Below, piece by piece: positions 21,299 to 29,478 of a DNA stretch of 64,000 nt. The stretch is from positions 321,516 to 385,515 of the forward strand of contig CAZQHP010000001.1 of NCBI GenBank assembly GCA_964593805.1, written 5' to 3'. The position numbers and the translations under genes are program-made. Within the stretch, counting starts at the first letter, position 1. Each line of letters begins with the position of its first letter. A model generated the notes under the pieces. The model saw only the letters and a program-made list of their open reading frames with translations. It was not told the origin of the DNA and ran no database searches. The DNA comes from an uncultured Candidatus Saccharibacteria bacterium. GTDB taxonomy: Bacteria > Patescibacteriota > Saccharimonadia > Saccharimonadales > JBBQAJ01.

Positions 21299-21531
21299 AA
21301 GCCTCCTTGCTTGCGGTTATTAGTTTGTGATAGAAAATTATTTGTAATTAGAACGTTTTTGTAAGGGGTGGTTAGCACACCACGGGGGCAGCTTGGCCAC
21401 TTGTGAAAAAAGTGAATATCAACATGGTTTTGCCGGCCCTTTCCCTTAAATTTGATAAATACAGGCTACATTGTAACACTTATGTCAAAGGGGGTGCAAC
21501 AGATAGCCTAATCAGCTACAATGTATAAATT

Positions 21532-23160
21532 ATGTATGAAGGAAATTCATTCCTTGGCGGGCCAGACTTTAGCTCTCTGGCTGAAGTGCCGCCGCCATCG
21601 CCGGAGAAAAAGCCGGACGATGACGATGATGATTTAGAAGAGGATCCAAAGCCAAAAACACTCATGGATTTTCTCAAAAAAGATCCAGAAGAATCCAAAG
21701 AAGAAAAACCCGAAGAATCAGACGAAAAGACCAAAGAAACAGAGGAGTCGGATGAAAAAGCCGAAGACGAAGAACCGGAAATAGAAACTGACCCCGCGGA
21801 AGACGCCGAAGAAGTATCTGATTCCCAAGAAATGACCGGCGAAGAAGAACAACTAGCCGCCGCCCAAATCATAAAAGAACGGGAAGAAGCGGTTCGGGCA
21901 GAAGTGGACGAAGCCAAAACCGCTGAAGCAGAAAAAGAAGCGCTGGCCGCTGGCGTGTTTTTGGATAAAGCCAAAGAAGAAGTAGAAGACGGCCAACCTG
22001 TTGCAGTGGCGCTGGACAACGCCAAGGCCAAAGCTCTAGAAAGCCTTGGCATTGAACAGCCCGAAGCTGACGAAGAACCGGAAGTAGAGATAACTCCGGC
22101 GGCGCCGGAGACCGTTGAAATACCGGAACCAATAGAACCGGAAGAACCTGAAGCGACTCCAGTAGCGCCGATACCTACGGCTGTTGGTGGCGGCACAACG
22201 CCTCCCCCTCCGCCGATAGTACCGGCTGGCGGCTTACCGCACATGCCTCTAGGCGGAGGTGGCTCTGGCGGCAATGTGTTACCACCCACTCCGAATCTAT
22301 TGCCAGATACAGAAGATCAATCCGGGCGCCGTGTTAATACCGGCGGGGCTGTACTAGCCGGCGGTTTAGTGGGCTATATGATTGGCCGGCGGCGCGGGCG
22401 GATTAAAACTGAAAAAAAACTACTGCCCATCCAGCATAAACTGGAAAAAGAGCTGGCCGATTTGCAGGACAAAATTGCCTGGCACGAAGCCAGTGTCCGC
22501 TCGCTGGTGCATGAGCAAGTGTCCAAAACGCCCGAACCAGCTGAGCAAAAAACCGAACATCTGAAAACAGCCAAAGAGCACAAAGACGCCAAAGCGGAAC
22601 ATGAAGCCGAAAGCACAACTTCCCAGAACCATTCCGAACGGCTCGGCAAATTTGCCATGGTAACAGAACGGCCCAGCCAGCCAGAGGCCAACCGCACGCC
22701 CGAACAGCTCAAGCCGATAGACCTCATGACCGTGCCGGAACTTTTGGTTCTGGCCGAAAGGATTGAAATAGAACAATCAACAGTTAGGAAATTGTACGAA
22801 GCCAAGCGCCTAAACTACGAAGGCTTGCGGCGTATCATCCGCGCCTATTTGCGCGGCGAGCGTTACGATCAGCTGGTTCGTGATAACCTGCTATCTCCCG
22901 AAAAATACGCCTATCCAGAAATGCTGCAAACTATCAATACAGGCGCTATGCAAGTCGGCAGCAGCCTGCCTGGCCAGACGAATACGGTCGATCCCAGCAA
23001 TCCTCCAGGTCAGTTCGGTGCTACACCGCCACCAGCCAATCCTTGGCAGGCACCAAATCAAATCGTGCCTGACCAAAAAACAAACGTGCCCCAAAAGGGC
23101 ATCATTGTCGCGGGCATCATCCTCGCCGTGCTGTTGCTGATTTTTATTGTCGCCCGCTAA
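21532..23160 (+). CDS. hypothetical highly acidic, Pro-rich protein with internal and C-terminal TM helices
   Basis: About 250-aa D/E/K low-complexity N-region, Pro-rich linker, TM (AVLAGGLVGYMIG), coiled-coil-like region, C-terminal tail anchor (GIIVAGIILAVLLLIFIVAR). Confidence 0.55.
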   Translation: MYEGNSFLGGPDFSSLAEVPPPSPEKKPDDDDDDLEEDPKPKTLMDFLKKDPEESKEEKPEESDEKTKETEESDEKAEDEEPEIETDPAEDAEEVSDSQEMTGEEEQLAAAQIIKEREEAVRAEVDEAKTAEAEKEALAAGVFLDKAKEEVEDGQPVAVALDNAKAKALESLGIEQPEADEEPEVEITPAAPETVEIPEPIEPEEPEATPVAPIPTAVGGGTTPPPPPIVPAGGLPHMPLGGGGSGGNVLPPTPNLLPDTEDQSGRRVNTGGAVLAGGLVGYMIGRRRGRIKTEKKLLPIQHKLEKELADLQDKIAWHEASVRSLVHEQVSKTPEPAEQKTEHLKTAKEHKDAKAEHEAESTTSQNHSERLGKFAMVTERPSQPEANRTPEQLKPIDLMTVPELLVLAERIEIEQSTVRKLYEAKRLNYEGLRRIIRAYLRGERYDQLVRDNLLSPEKYAYPEMLQTINTGAMQVGSSLPGQTNTVDPSNPPGQFGATPPPANPWQAPNQIVPDQKTNVPQKGIIVAGIILAVLLLIFIVAR

Positions 23161-23183
23161 CTGAGGTATAATGTCAATCTGAT

Positions 23184-24038
23184 ATGGGCAAGATAATTCT
23201 TTATTACCAATTTGTGGCGCTGGCCGATCCAGACATGACTATGCGCTGGCAGCGCGAGCTATGCGAACGCTTGGAGCTGAAAGGCCGAATCATCATTTCC
23301 GCACATGGTATTAACGGCACTGTGGGCGGCGAGCTGAAAAACGTCAAAGCCTACGTAAGAGCCATGAACTTAACAAGCCAGTTCAAGGGTATGCAATATA
23401 AATGGAGTGATGGTTCGGCCAGTGATTTCCCTCGTCTAAGTGTCAAAGTCCGGGACGAACTGGTGACGCTGGCGCCCGGCGAGAAGTTTGACGTTTTTAA
23501 CAGCACCAAAGGTCTCAAGCCAAAGGCTTGGCACGATTACCTAGATAAGCACCCGGATGCTATCGTCTTAGACGCGCGTAACGATTACGAATCTGACATT
23601 GGCGCCTTCAAAGGCCAAAACGTGGTAAAGCCCAAGATAAAAAACTTCCGTGACATCAAACCAGAACTGGACAAACTGCCCAAAGACCAGCCTATTCTGA
23701 CGTATTGCACGGGCGACATACGCTGTGAATACTTGAGTGCTTACATGAAACACAAAGGCTTTCCTGAGGTCTATCACCTGGACGGCGGCGTGGCCAAATA
23801 CGGCCAGCAATTTGGCGACGGAGGGCATTGGGAGGGCAAGCTATACGTCTTTGACAAACGCATGAAACTGGCTTTTTCTGACAAATCCAAAGACATAGGC
23901 CATTGCGTACACTGCGACGCTTTAAGTAGTCGGCACATCAACTGCGAAGACGTAAGCTGCAACCGCCTCATTTTGGTTTGCAACGACTGCGGTAACAAGA
24001 CCACCCACTGCGAACTCCACGCTAGCCTGGCTGTATAA
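23184..24038 (+). CDS. trhO: rhodanese-domain tRNA U34 hydroxylase TrhO/YceA (UPF0176)
   Basis: ILYYQFV...DP N-terminus typical of YceA. Rhodanese active-site Cys (YCTGDIRCE). C-terminal Cys cluster. Confidence 0.8.
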   Translation: MGKIILYYQFVALADPDMTMRWQRELCERLELKGRIIISAHGINGTVGGELKNVKAYVRAMNLTSQFKGMQYKWSDGSASDFPRLSVKVRDELVTLAPGEKFDVFNSTKGLKPKAWHDYLDKHPDAIVLDARNDYESDIGAFKGQNVVKPKIKNFRDIKPELDKLPKDQPILTYCTGDIRCEYLSAYMKHKGFPEVYHLDGGVAKYGQQFGDGGHWEGKLYVFDKRMKLAFSDKSKDIGHCVHCDALSSRHINCEDVSCNRLILVCNDCGNKTTHCELHASLAV

Positions 24039-24046
24039 TTACAACT

Positions 24047-25558
24047 GTGAATAAACGGTTGGAGCAGAAGCTCAAGGATTTACCAAAGACACCTGGTGTC
24101 TATTTCCACAAAAATACCAAGGGCGAAATTATTTATGTGGGCAAAGCAGCAGTTTTAAAAAACAGAGTGGCTCAATATTTTCAAAAATCGCGAAACCGTG
24201 ACGCCAAAACTGAAGCCCTGGTGGCAGAAATTGCCGACACCGACTGGATGGAAGTGGAGAGTGAATTGGAGGCATTGTTTCTAGAGGCCGAAATGGTGCG
24301 GCGCTACATGCCACGCTACAACATCTTACTGCGCGACGATAAGTCCATGGTTTACATAAGGGTAGATTACGACAGCGACTTTCCTACTGTCGGTACGACT
24401 CGAAGGCCGCTTGACGACGGCGCGCGGTATTTTGGCCCTTATCTCAGCACGCAAAGCGTTCGCCAAGCACTCAAACTTTTGCGTCGGATATTTCCGTTTG
24501 CCACCAGGCAAATAGGCGGCCAAAAAAGAGCCACACTACACTACCACCTAGGGCTTGACCCAGGTTTGGAGGAAGGCAAGACCAGCCTAGAGGATTACCG
24601 GGCTAATCTTCGCAAACTGATGGCGGTTATAGAAGGCAAACGCAAAACAATTGAAAAACAGCTAGAAAAAGATATGAACTCCTTCGCAAAAACTTCGGAG
24701 TTTGAAAAAGCAGCTGCGGCCAGAAACCAGCTATTTTCGCTTAGGCGCCTAAACCAGCAAGTTATCTTTAGCGACAAAGAATTTTTGGACATTAGCAAAG
24801 ACCATGCGCTCGGAGAACTGGTTGATTTGCTGGGATTATCGTCCTTCCCCCGGCGTATCGAAGGCTATGACATAAGCCACATGAGCGGAACTGACGTGGT
24901 AGCCAGCATGGTTGTTTTTACCAACGGCGCCAGCAACAAGAGTGAATACCGCAAGTTCAAAACCAAAATAGATCACAACAACGATTTTTATAATATGCAC
25001 GAAACCATCACCCGCCGGCTGAGCGAAAAAAACCGCAAAGCCTGGGGCCTGCCCAGCTTGGTGTTGATTGATGGCGGCAAAGGCCAGCTGGACGCGGCCA
25101 TTCGGGCTCGCGACGAATCCGGGCAGCTAAACATCCCATTTATCGGCTTGGCCAAACGCGAAGAGCAAATCGTCGTTCACAAACAACTGTCCGATGTCGT
25201 GCTAAACCAAGAAATTTTACACAAACTTGGAGGTTTTATGACTGAAAGTAGCGACTACATCTTGATTAATCTTCCCGCCAGCACTAACCTCGTCAAGCTA
25301 CTCCAAAGAATCCGTGACGAATCCCACCGTTTCGCGGTCAGCTATCACTCGGTTCTCAAAGTAAAACGCCAAACCGCCAGTACGCTAGACGAAATCCCTA
25401 CGATTGGGCCCGCCACCCGGAAAAGGCTGCTCAAAACTTTTGGCAGTCTTCGTGGAATTATGCAGGCCGAAGAGTCCAAAATAGAAAAAACTATTGGGAA
25501 AACAAAAGCCGCGTCTTTGGGTAAGTATTTGGACGCAATTAGGCAAGATGAACTTTAG
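24047..25558 (+). CDS. uvrC: excinuclease ABC subunit C (short form)
   Basis: GIY-YIG domain (PGVYFH...GEIIYVGKA...R..QY) and RNase H-like endonuclease domain (EGYDISH). 503 aa. Confidence 0.8.
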   Translation: MNKRLEQKLKDLPKTPGVYFHKNTKGEIIYVGKAAVLKNRVAQYFQKSRNRDAKTEALVAEIADTDWMEVESELEALFLEAEMVRRYMPRYNILLRDDKSMVYIRVDYDSDFPTVGTTRRPLDDGARYFGPYLSTQSVRQALKLLRRIFPFATRQIGGQKRATLHYHLGLDPGLEEGKTSLEDYRANLRKLMAVIEGKRKTIEKQLEKDMNSFAKTSEFEKAAAARNQLFSLRRLNQQVIFSDKEFLDISKDHALGELVDLLGLSSFPRRIEGYDISHMSGTDVVASMVVFTNGASNKSEYRKFKTKIDHNNDFYNMHETITRRLSEKNRKAWGLPSLVLIDGGKGQLDAAIRARDESGQLNIPFIGLAKREEQIVVHKQLSDVVLNQEILHKLGGFMTESSDYILINLPASTNLVKLLQRIRDESHRFAVSYHSVLKVKRQTASTLDEIPTIGPATRKRLLKTFGSLRGIMQAEESKIEKTIGKTKAASLGKYLDAIRQDEL

Positions 25559-25590
25559 GCCTCTAAATTTGGTATACTGTCTGTTCAACC

Positions 25591-26808
25591 ATGAAATCTG
25601 AGTTTACGGCCGAGTTTTTTCGCGGCAACCGAGAGAAGTTGAGAACGTTGTTTACCGGTACGGCGCCTATAATACTGAGCGCCAACGGCCTACTGCAGCG
25701 CTCTACGAGTATGGCCTATCCGTTTACGCAGGACGGTAACTTTTGGTACCTAACAGGGATTGATGAACCGGGCGTTGTGCTGGTAATGGATAAAAACAAA
25801 GAATACTTGATTGTGCCAAATTTGTCCCATTATCAAGAGGTGTTTGACGGCAGTTTAAGCCCAGAAGGGCTTGCTAAAATATCCGGTATTGAAACAATCT
25901 TGCCAGCCAAAGAGGGGTGGAGGCAGCTAAAAACCCGGCTAAAAAAGGTAAAACACGCGGCAACGATTGCGGCACCGCCGGTTTTTGTGGAAACCTACGG
26001 CATGTATACCAACCCGGCACGAGCTGATTTGATAGACAGCTTGAAAAAATCCAACAGCAACCTTGAACTGCTGGATCTGAGCCAGCACATGCAGCGCCTG
26101 CGTATGGTTAAGCAGCCGATTGAAATTGAGATGATTTTGGGAGCAATTTCAGCCACCAAGGGCGGTATGGAATACGTTGAAAAGAAATTTCGAGCAGGCC
26201 ACTACGCCCATGAGTTTGACATAGAGCTGGATTTGGATAATCAATTTTGGAAAAAGGGAGCAATGGGCCACAGTTTTGACCCGATTATTGCTGGCGGTGA
26301 AAGAGGATTGACGCTGCACATGGCAGACAAAGCAATGCTGGATCCGGACAAACAACTGTTGCTGGATGTTGGCGCCCAGTACCGGCACTACGCGGCGGAC
26401 ATATCGCGGACTTGGATGCGCGAACCAACCAAACGTTTTGCGGCCGTACACGAAGCGGTCTGCGAAGTAGCTGATTTTGCCGTGGGTTTGCTCAAACCAG
26501 GCACGATTTTGAAAGATTATGAGAAGCAAGTAGAAGATTTCATGGGTGAAAAGTTGCGCGAGCTCGGACTCATCAAGATTATTGAGCACGACAGCGTACG
26601 GAAGTTTTTCCCGCACGCCACCTCGCACTTTTTGGGCATAGACGTTCATGACGTGGGGGACTACGGCCGGCCAATAGAAGCGGGCACAGTATTGACCGTT
26701 GAGCCGGGCATATACATACCGGAAGAAGGTATTGGCGTGCGGATTGAGGACGATGTGTTAATTACTGCGGCTGGTTGTCAGAATCTAAGCAAGGCGCTAG
26801 CACGATGA
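25591..26808 (+). CDS. pepP: Xaa-Pro aminopeptidase, M24 family
   Basis: M24 metal-ligand motifs (HYAADISRTW, HFLGIDVHD, EPGIY, IEDDVLIT). Confidence 0.8.
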   Translation: MKSEFTAEFFRGNREKLRTLFTGTAPIILSANGLLQRSTSMAYPFTQDGNFWYLTGIDEPGVVLVMDKNKEYLIVPNLSHYQEVFDGSLSPEGLAKISGIETILPAKEGWRQLKTRLKKVKHAATIAAPPVFVETYGMYTNPARADLIDSLKKSNSNLELLDLSQHMQRLRMVKQPIEIEMILGAISATKGGMEYVEKKFRAGHYAHEFDIELDLDNQFWKKGAMGHSFDPIIAGGERGLTLHMADKAMLDPDKQLLLDVGAQYRHYAADISRTWMREPTKRFAAVHEAVCEVADFAVGLLKPGTILKDYEKQVEDFMGEKLRELGLIKIIEHDSVRKFFPHATSHFLGIDVHDVGDYGRPIEAGTVLTVEPGIYIPEEGIGVRIEDDVLITAAGCQNLSKALAR

Positions 26809-26833
26809 CCTGCTTCTGCTACAATAGATACCA

Positions 26834-27199
26834 ATGAAACGCGGTCCAATCGCCAGATTTTTAGTAAGATGGTTTGTTTGCGGCCTGGGGCTTTGGGTTG
26901 CCGCGGGTACATTAGGCCAGCGCGTCAATTACGACAGCCGGATCGGCGTGATTGTGGTTGCCGGTTTGATACTAGGTATTGTCAACGCAATCATCAAGCC
27001 AGTAGTGGTTATTTTGTCTTTGCCAGCCATTCTGTTTAGCCTGGGGCTGTTTATGATTGTCATCAACGGCTTCATGGTGCTGCTAGTTAGCAAACTGTAC
27101 ACCAGCCTGCAAGTAACCAACTTTGGCGCCGCCATGCTTGCCGGTATGGTGATTGGCTTGGTAAACTACTTAGTGACAACTATCTTGGAGGAAAGCTAA
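26834..27199 (+). CDS. DUF360/YvlD family membrane protein (phage-holin-4-like)
   Basis: 4-TM, 121 aa, VNAIIKPVVVILSLPAILFSLGLFMIVINGFMV pattern typical of this family. Confidence 0.7.
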   Translation: MKRGPIARFLVRWFVCGLGLWVAAGTLGQRVNYDSRIGVIVVAGLILGIVNAIIKPVVVILSLPAILFSLGLFMIVINGFMVLLVSKLYTSLQVTNFGAAMLAGMVIGLVNYLVTTILEES

Positions 27200-27201
27200 C
27201 T

Positions 27202-27414
27202 ATGTCTGCATACAACTATGTCACCATTGGCTCAATGGCTTTACTGACAATTTTGATATTGCTGCAAACCCGCGGCGCCAGCCTGGGGGCGGGCATGGGC
27301 GGCGGCGGCGAGGTCAATACCGTACGGCGTGGTTCAGACAAGACGCTGCACCAGATTACCATAGTGCTTGCGATAGTATTTTCGTCATCACTCTTATTGG
27401 GCCTTATATCTTAA
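27202..27414 (+). CDS. secG: preprotein translocase subunit SecG
   Basis: 70 aa, 2 TM, LLQ..GASLGAGMGGGGE Gly-rich loop and HQITIVLAIVF helix typical of SecG. Confidence 0.7.
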   Translation: MSAYNYVTIGSMALLTILILLQTRGASLGAGMGGGGEVNTVRRGSDKTLHQITIVLAIVFSSSLLLGLIS

Positions 27415-27421
27415 GTTCTCC

Positions 27422-29209
27422 ATGATTGACCGCACCACACGGCTACGAGTACGTCGCAGATTCAAGCACCGGCGCCGGCAGGTTCAAGATATAAGCGTGC
27501 AGGCAGAGGAGCACCTGGAGCGCCATTTGTTCAAACGCCTGACACGGCTGTTTGATGTACGCCGTTTTGTGATTGGCTGGCTGTTGCTTTTGGTACTGCT
27601 AGCGAGCGGCGTTACCATGCAGCTTCGGGCGCTGGGGAGCTATTATCAAGACTTAATACCCGTGGCTGGGGGCACGTATTCCGAAGGCATGATAGGCAGT
27701 TTTACAAATGCCAGCCCAATCTATGCTACCGGTTTGGTGGACGCCACTGTTTCGCGGCTAGTTTTTGCTGGACTGCTTAAATATGACGCCAACAACCAGC
27801 TCGTAGGCGATTTGGCTGAAAGCTGGAAAATAGACGAAGAAGGCAAGGTGTATACCGTTGTGTTACGGCCAGGGCTAAAATGGCACGACGGCAAAGAACT
27901 AACCGCCGAAGATGTGGCGTTTACGTTCCATACCATTCAAAACCCAGACGCCAAATCGCCGCTGTTTCATGCCTGGCGGGGGATAGATGTCAAAGCTAAC
28001 GACGCCAGGACGATTACTTTTACTTTGCCAAGCTCGCTGGCGCCTTTTATATACGGCCTCACTACTGGTATCGTGCCCAAGCACAGCCTGGAAGGCATTG
28101 ACCCCGCCCAGCTGCGATCTTCGCCGTTCAACACCGCCCGTCCAATCGGAGCCGGACCATTTGCCTGGGACACGATTGAAATTATAGCCAACGGCAACGA
28201 GCCCAATTTGCAAAACATCGGTCTAAAAGCCTTCGATGCCTACCACAGTGGCGCTCCAAAGCTAGGACAGTTCATTATAAAAACCTACACTAGCGAAGAA
28301 CAATTGGTGGCGAGCTTCCAAAACCAAGAAGTAAATAGTCTGGTCGGGTTGAACAGCCTGCCAGATAGGCTAGTCAAAAACAAAGATGTTACAGAGTACT
28401 CTACGCCTTTGACTGCCGAAACAGGCGTGTTTTTGCGTACCGATAGCGAGCTGTTAAAAGACGCTAGGGTTAGGCAGGCGCTCGTACAGGCGGTTGACGT
28501 ACCGGCAATTGTGGGCGGGCTAGGCTATCCTGCTATTGTGGCTGATTCGCCGTTGCTCCGCGGCCAGCTTGGCTACAACGCCGCCTATCGCCAACTGCCC
28601 AAGAACCTTGAACAGGCAAACAAACTGCTTGATGATGCTGGCTGGAAGTTGCCGGCAGGCGAAACAGTGCGCACCAACGGGCAAGTAAAATTAAGCCTGA
28701 AGTTTTTTGCCGCAAACAATGCCGACTACAGCAACCTGGCTCAGCGGATACAAGAAGCCTGGCGGGCTATAGGCGTGGAAACCCAGGCTACCCTGCCGAC
28801 TGACGCTGATTTGCAAAACGTGGTGAACAGCCGCGGATACGATGCCCTGCTGTATGGCGTATCAGTTGGCGTTGACCCCGATGTCTTTGCTTATTGGCAC
28901 AGTACGCAAGCCGACCCTAGGGCAAGATCCAGGCTAAATTTTTCAAACTACAAATCGACACCAGCTGACAAGGCGCTAGAAGCCGGTCGATCACGGTCTG
29001 ACCCCAGTCTGCGATCAGCCAAGTATCTGCCGTTTTTGCAAGCCTGGCGAAATGACGCGCCCGCTCTCATGTTGTATCAGCCGCGCTTTCTATACATTAC
29101 CCGTGGACGGCTGTTTGGTTTTGAGCCCAGAGCCATCAATTCTGCCGCTGATCGTTTGAACAATGTAGAAAATTGGATGATCCGCCAGGACTACGCCCCC
29201 AAACTCTAG
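27422..29209 (+). CDS. ABC transporter substrate-binding protein, family 5 (Opp/Dpp-like), membrane-anchored
   Basis: R-rich N-tail plus TM. SBP_bac_5 signature (AESW...DGK.YT..LRPGLKWHDG). Confidence 0.8.
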   Translation: MIDRTTRLRVRRRFKHRRRQVQDISVQAEEHLERHLFKRLTRLFDVRRFVIGWLLLLVLLASGVTMQLRALGSYYQDLIPVAGGTYSEGMIGSFTNASPIYATGLVDATVSRLVFAGLLKYDANNQLVGDLAESWKIDEEGKVYTVVLRPGLKWHDGKELTAEDVAFTFHTIQNPDAKSPLFHAWRGIDVKANDARTITFTLPSSLAPFIYGLTTGIVPKHSLEGIDPAQLRSSPFNTARPIGAGPFAWDTIEIIANGNEPNLQNIGLKAFDAYHSGAPKLGQFIIKTYTSEEQLVASFQNQEVNSLVGLNSLPDRLVKNKDVTEYSTPLTAETGVFLRTDSELLKDARVRQALVQAVDVPAIVGGLGYPAIVADSPLLRGQLGYNAAYRQLPKNLEQANKLLDDAGWKLPAGETVRTNGQVKLSLKFFAANNADYSNLAQRIQEAWRAIGVETQATLPTDADLQNVVNSRGYDALLYGVSVGVDPDVFAYWHSTQADPRARSRLNFSNYKSTPADKALEAGRSRSDPSLRSAKYLPFLQAWRNDAPALMLYQPRFLYITRGRLFGFEPRAINSAADRLNNVENWMIRQDYAPKL

Positions 29210-29255
29210 TGCAAGCTTGAGTTTTACCCTTAAAATTCGTAAGATAGCAGAGTTC

Positions 29256-29281
29256 GCGCGAGTGCTGGAATCGGTAGACAG
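29256..29281 (+). pseudogene. 5' fragment of a tRNA-Leu-like gene (acceptor 5' strand + D-arm only)
   Basis: GCGCGAGTGCTGGAATCGGTAGACAG matches the first ~26 nt of the tRNA-Leu genes at 31183 and 33789, and is preceded by the same TAAGATA -10-like box. No anticodon/T arm or matching 3' acceptor strand. Followed by a CCGCCGCGGCGG hairpin. Confidence 0.4.
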
Positions 29282-29318
29282 GTCCGCCGCGGCGGATGCC
29301 GCAAAGCAAACACATCAT

Positions 29319-29402
29319 GCGGATGTGGTGGAATGGTAGACACGCTTGTCTGAGGGGCAAGTGCCGTAAGGCGTGAAGGTTCAAGTCCTTTCATCCGCAC
29401 CA
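29319..29402 (+). tRNA. tRNA-Leu (anticodon GAG), type II with long variable arm, CCA encoded
   Basis: Hand-folded cloverleaf: acceptor GCGGATG/CATCCGC, anticodon stem CTTGT/GCAAG, loop CTGAGGG, T-loop TTCAAGT. Confidence 0.85.
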
Positions 29403-29478
29403 ATTTCTCTTATCAACTACTTATTTGATATGATACTAACCAGCATGCTAACGCTTGATCGGGGTTGGAAAAGGTTTT

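Noticed and set aside
21516-22289. 257-aa Ser/Gly-rich minus-strand ORF
   Set aside because: It is the antisense of the polyacidic, low-complexity region of the 21532-23160 gene, and is a mirror artefact of that composition.
29455-29478. Upstream alternative start (MIGVGKGF) for the FAD oxidase
   Set aside because: Non-ATG start. The ATG at 29479 aligns with the paralog's N-terminus.
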